Shown here: piece by piece, positions 63,313-64,000 of the stretch | Numbering within the stretch: the stretch's first letter is position 1 | Layout of the letters: every line of letters begins with the position of its first letter | Source: Macrostomum hystrix | Lineage: Eukaryota > Animalia > Platyhelminthes | Assembly (NCBI GenBank): GCA_950097015.1 | Contig: CATNEN010000029.1 | Span: 3,286,001 to 3,350,000 of the forward strand | Length of the DNA: 64,000 nt | Direction: 5' to 3' | The notes under the pieces: generated by a model | The model's database searches: none | Seen by the model: the letters and a program-made list of their open reading frames with translations, nothing else | What the model was told of the DNA's origin: nothing | Program-made: the position numbers and the translations under genes

Positions 63313-63824
63313 CTTTCTTTTTTCTAATGCATCGTATTTTATTGCTTATTTTCTTTTCGTTTCTACTTACAGTAGGTTGCGAAAAGAAATAGTCTAAATA
63401 AAAATGTATAATGTAAAATTACACCCAACACGAGTGTTTATTCGTTTTCTATGCTAGTTTAGCTTATAGAATCTTAGCAGTTTTAGTTACTTTGATTATT
63501 ATATGTTGAAATATAACTATATGTATTATTAAAATTAAAATTTGGTATTTTTCTCTCCAATTTTCTGCCCTTCATTCTAGTCCTGATAGTGTGCCTCATA
63601 CGCTTAATATGTCAACTTGTTAGGTAAAAATGCATTTCTCATCGCTCTCAAGTCTCTATGGTTATATTCGAGTGGTCGCTTTATTGTTGCCCGAATTTTT
63701 TAAATCTAACTATACGGTAAATATGTCAAACAAAAATTTAATTCAACCAATTATAGTTCATTGCTTTAATTGCTTGCTTCCTTGGTCATAGCAATAGCTT
63801 GATTAGTGTCTGCAAAACGGTGGG

Positions 63825-63890
63825 TTAGCCGCAGCTATTGCATGGCGCATCTTAATGCTGCGTACAGTCAATTGTACTGGGGGACACCAC
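63825..63890 (-). mobile_element. SINE family 1 3' fragment
   Basis: Minus strand GTGGTGTCCCCCAGT...GTACGCAGCA...GCAATAGCTGCGGCT matches 36226-36300. Confidence 0.6.
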
Positions 63891-64000
63891 ATACAGATGA
63901 GATTCTGTATTGCGAACCTGAATATTACAAATTTTTCACTTTTTTGTTTTCTGCTTTTTTCCAGCCTGTGCAGCGACAGTCCGCTATGCGTCATGACCAA

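Noticed and set aside
63803-64000. Minus-strand 65-aa ORF at the window end
   Set aside because: Part of it is a SINE family 1 fragment and the rest is low-complexity A-rich sequence. An exon of a gene beyond the window cannot be fully excluded.

Overview
Eukaryotic (metazoan) genomic DNA, not prokaryotic. It has spliced genes with GT-AG introns, GC-rich exons in AT-rich spacers, and about 30 different minisatellite arrays. The style suggests a free-living flatworm such as Macrostomum; this is inference, not demonstrated. Recognisable genes: UTP4/CIRH1A (+), a sex-peptide/MIP-receptor-like class A GPCR (+), TXNL1 (-), GPSM2/Pins (+), tRNA-Arg(ACG) and tRNA-Arg(CCT) (-), HINT3 (+), an orphan ORF (-), TMEM170 (+) and TELO2 (+). 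Mobile DNA: three tRNA-derived SINE families, a decayed Tc1/IS630-like transposase inside long minisatellite-built inverted repeats, a deleted Buster-type hAT inserted in a SINE, three MITEs in one HINT3 intron, and a truncated Gypsy (5' LTR, PBS, gag). Main observations: (1) UTP4 and TMEM170 have no in-frame ATG and open at a phase-0 splice acceptor, which fits initiation from the 3'-terminal AUG of a flatworm spliced leader. (2) TMEM170-TELO2 are arranged like an operon. (3) A 50-bp minisatellite appears to have arisen from a SINE 5' junction. All exon coordinates were read by eye and no database searches were run.
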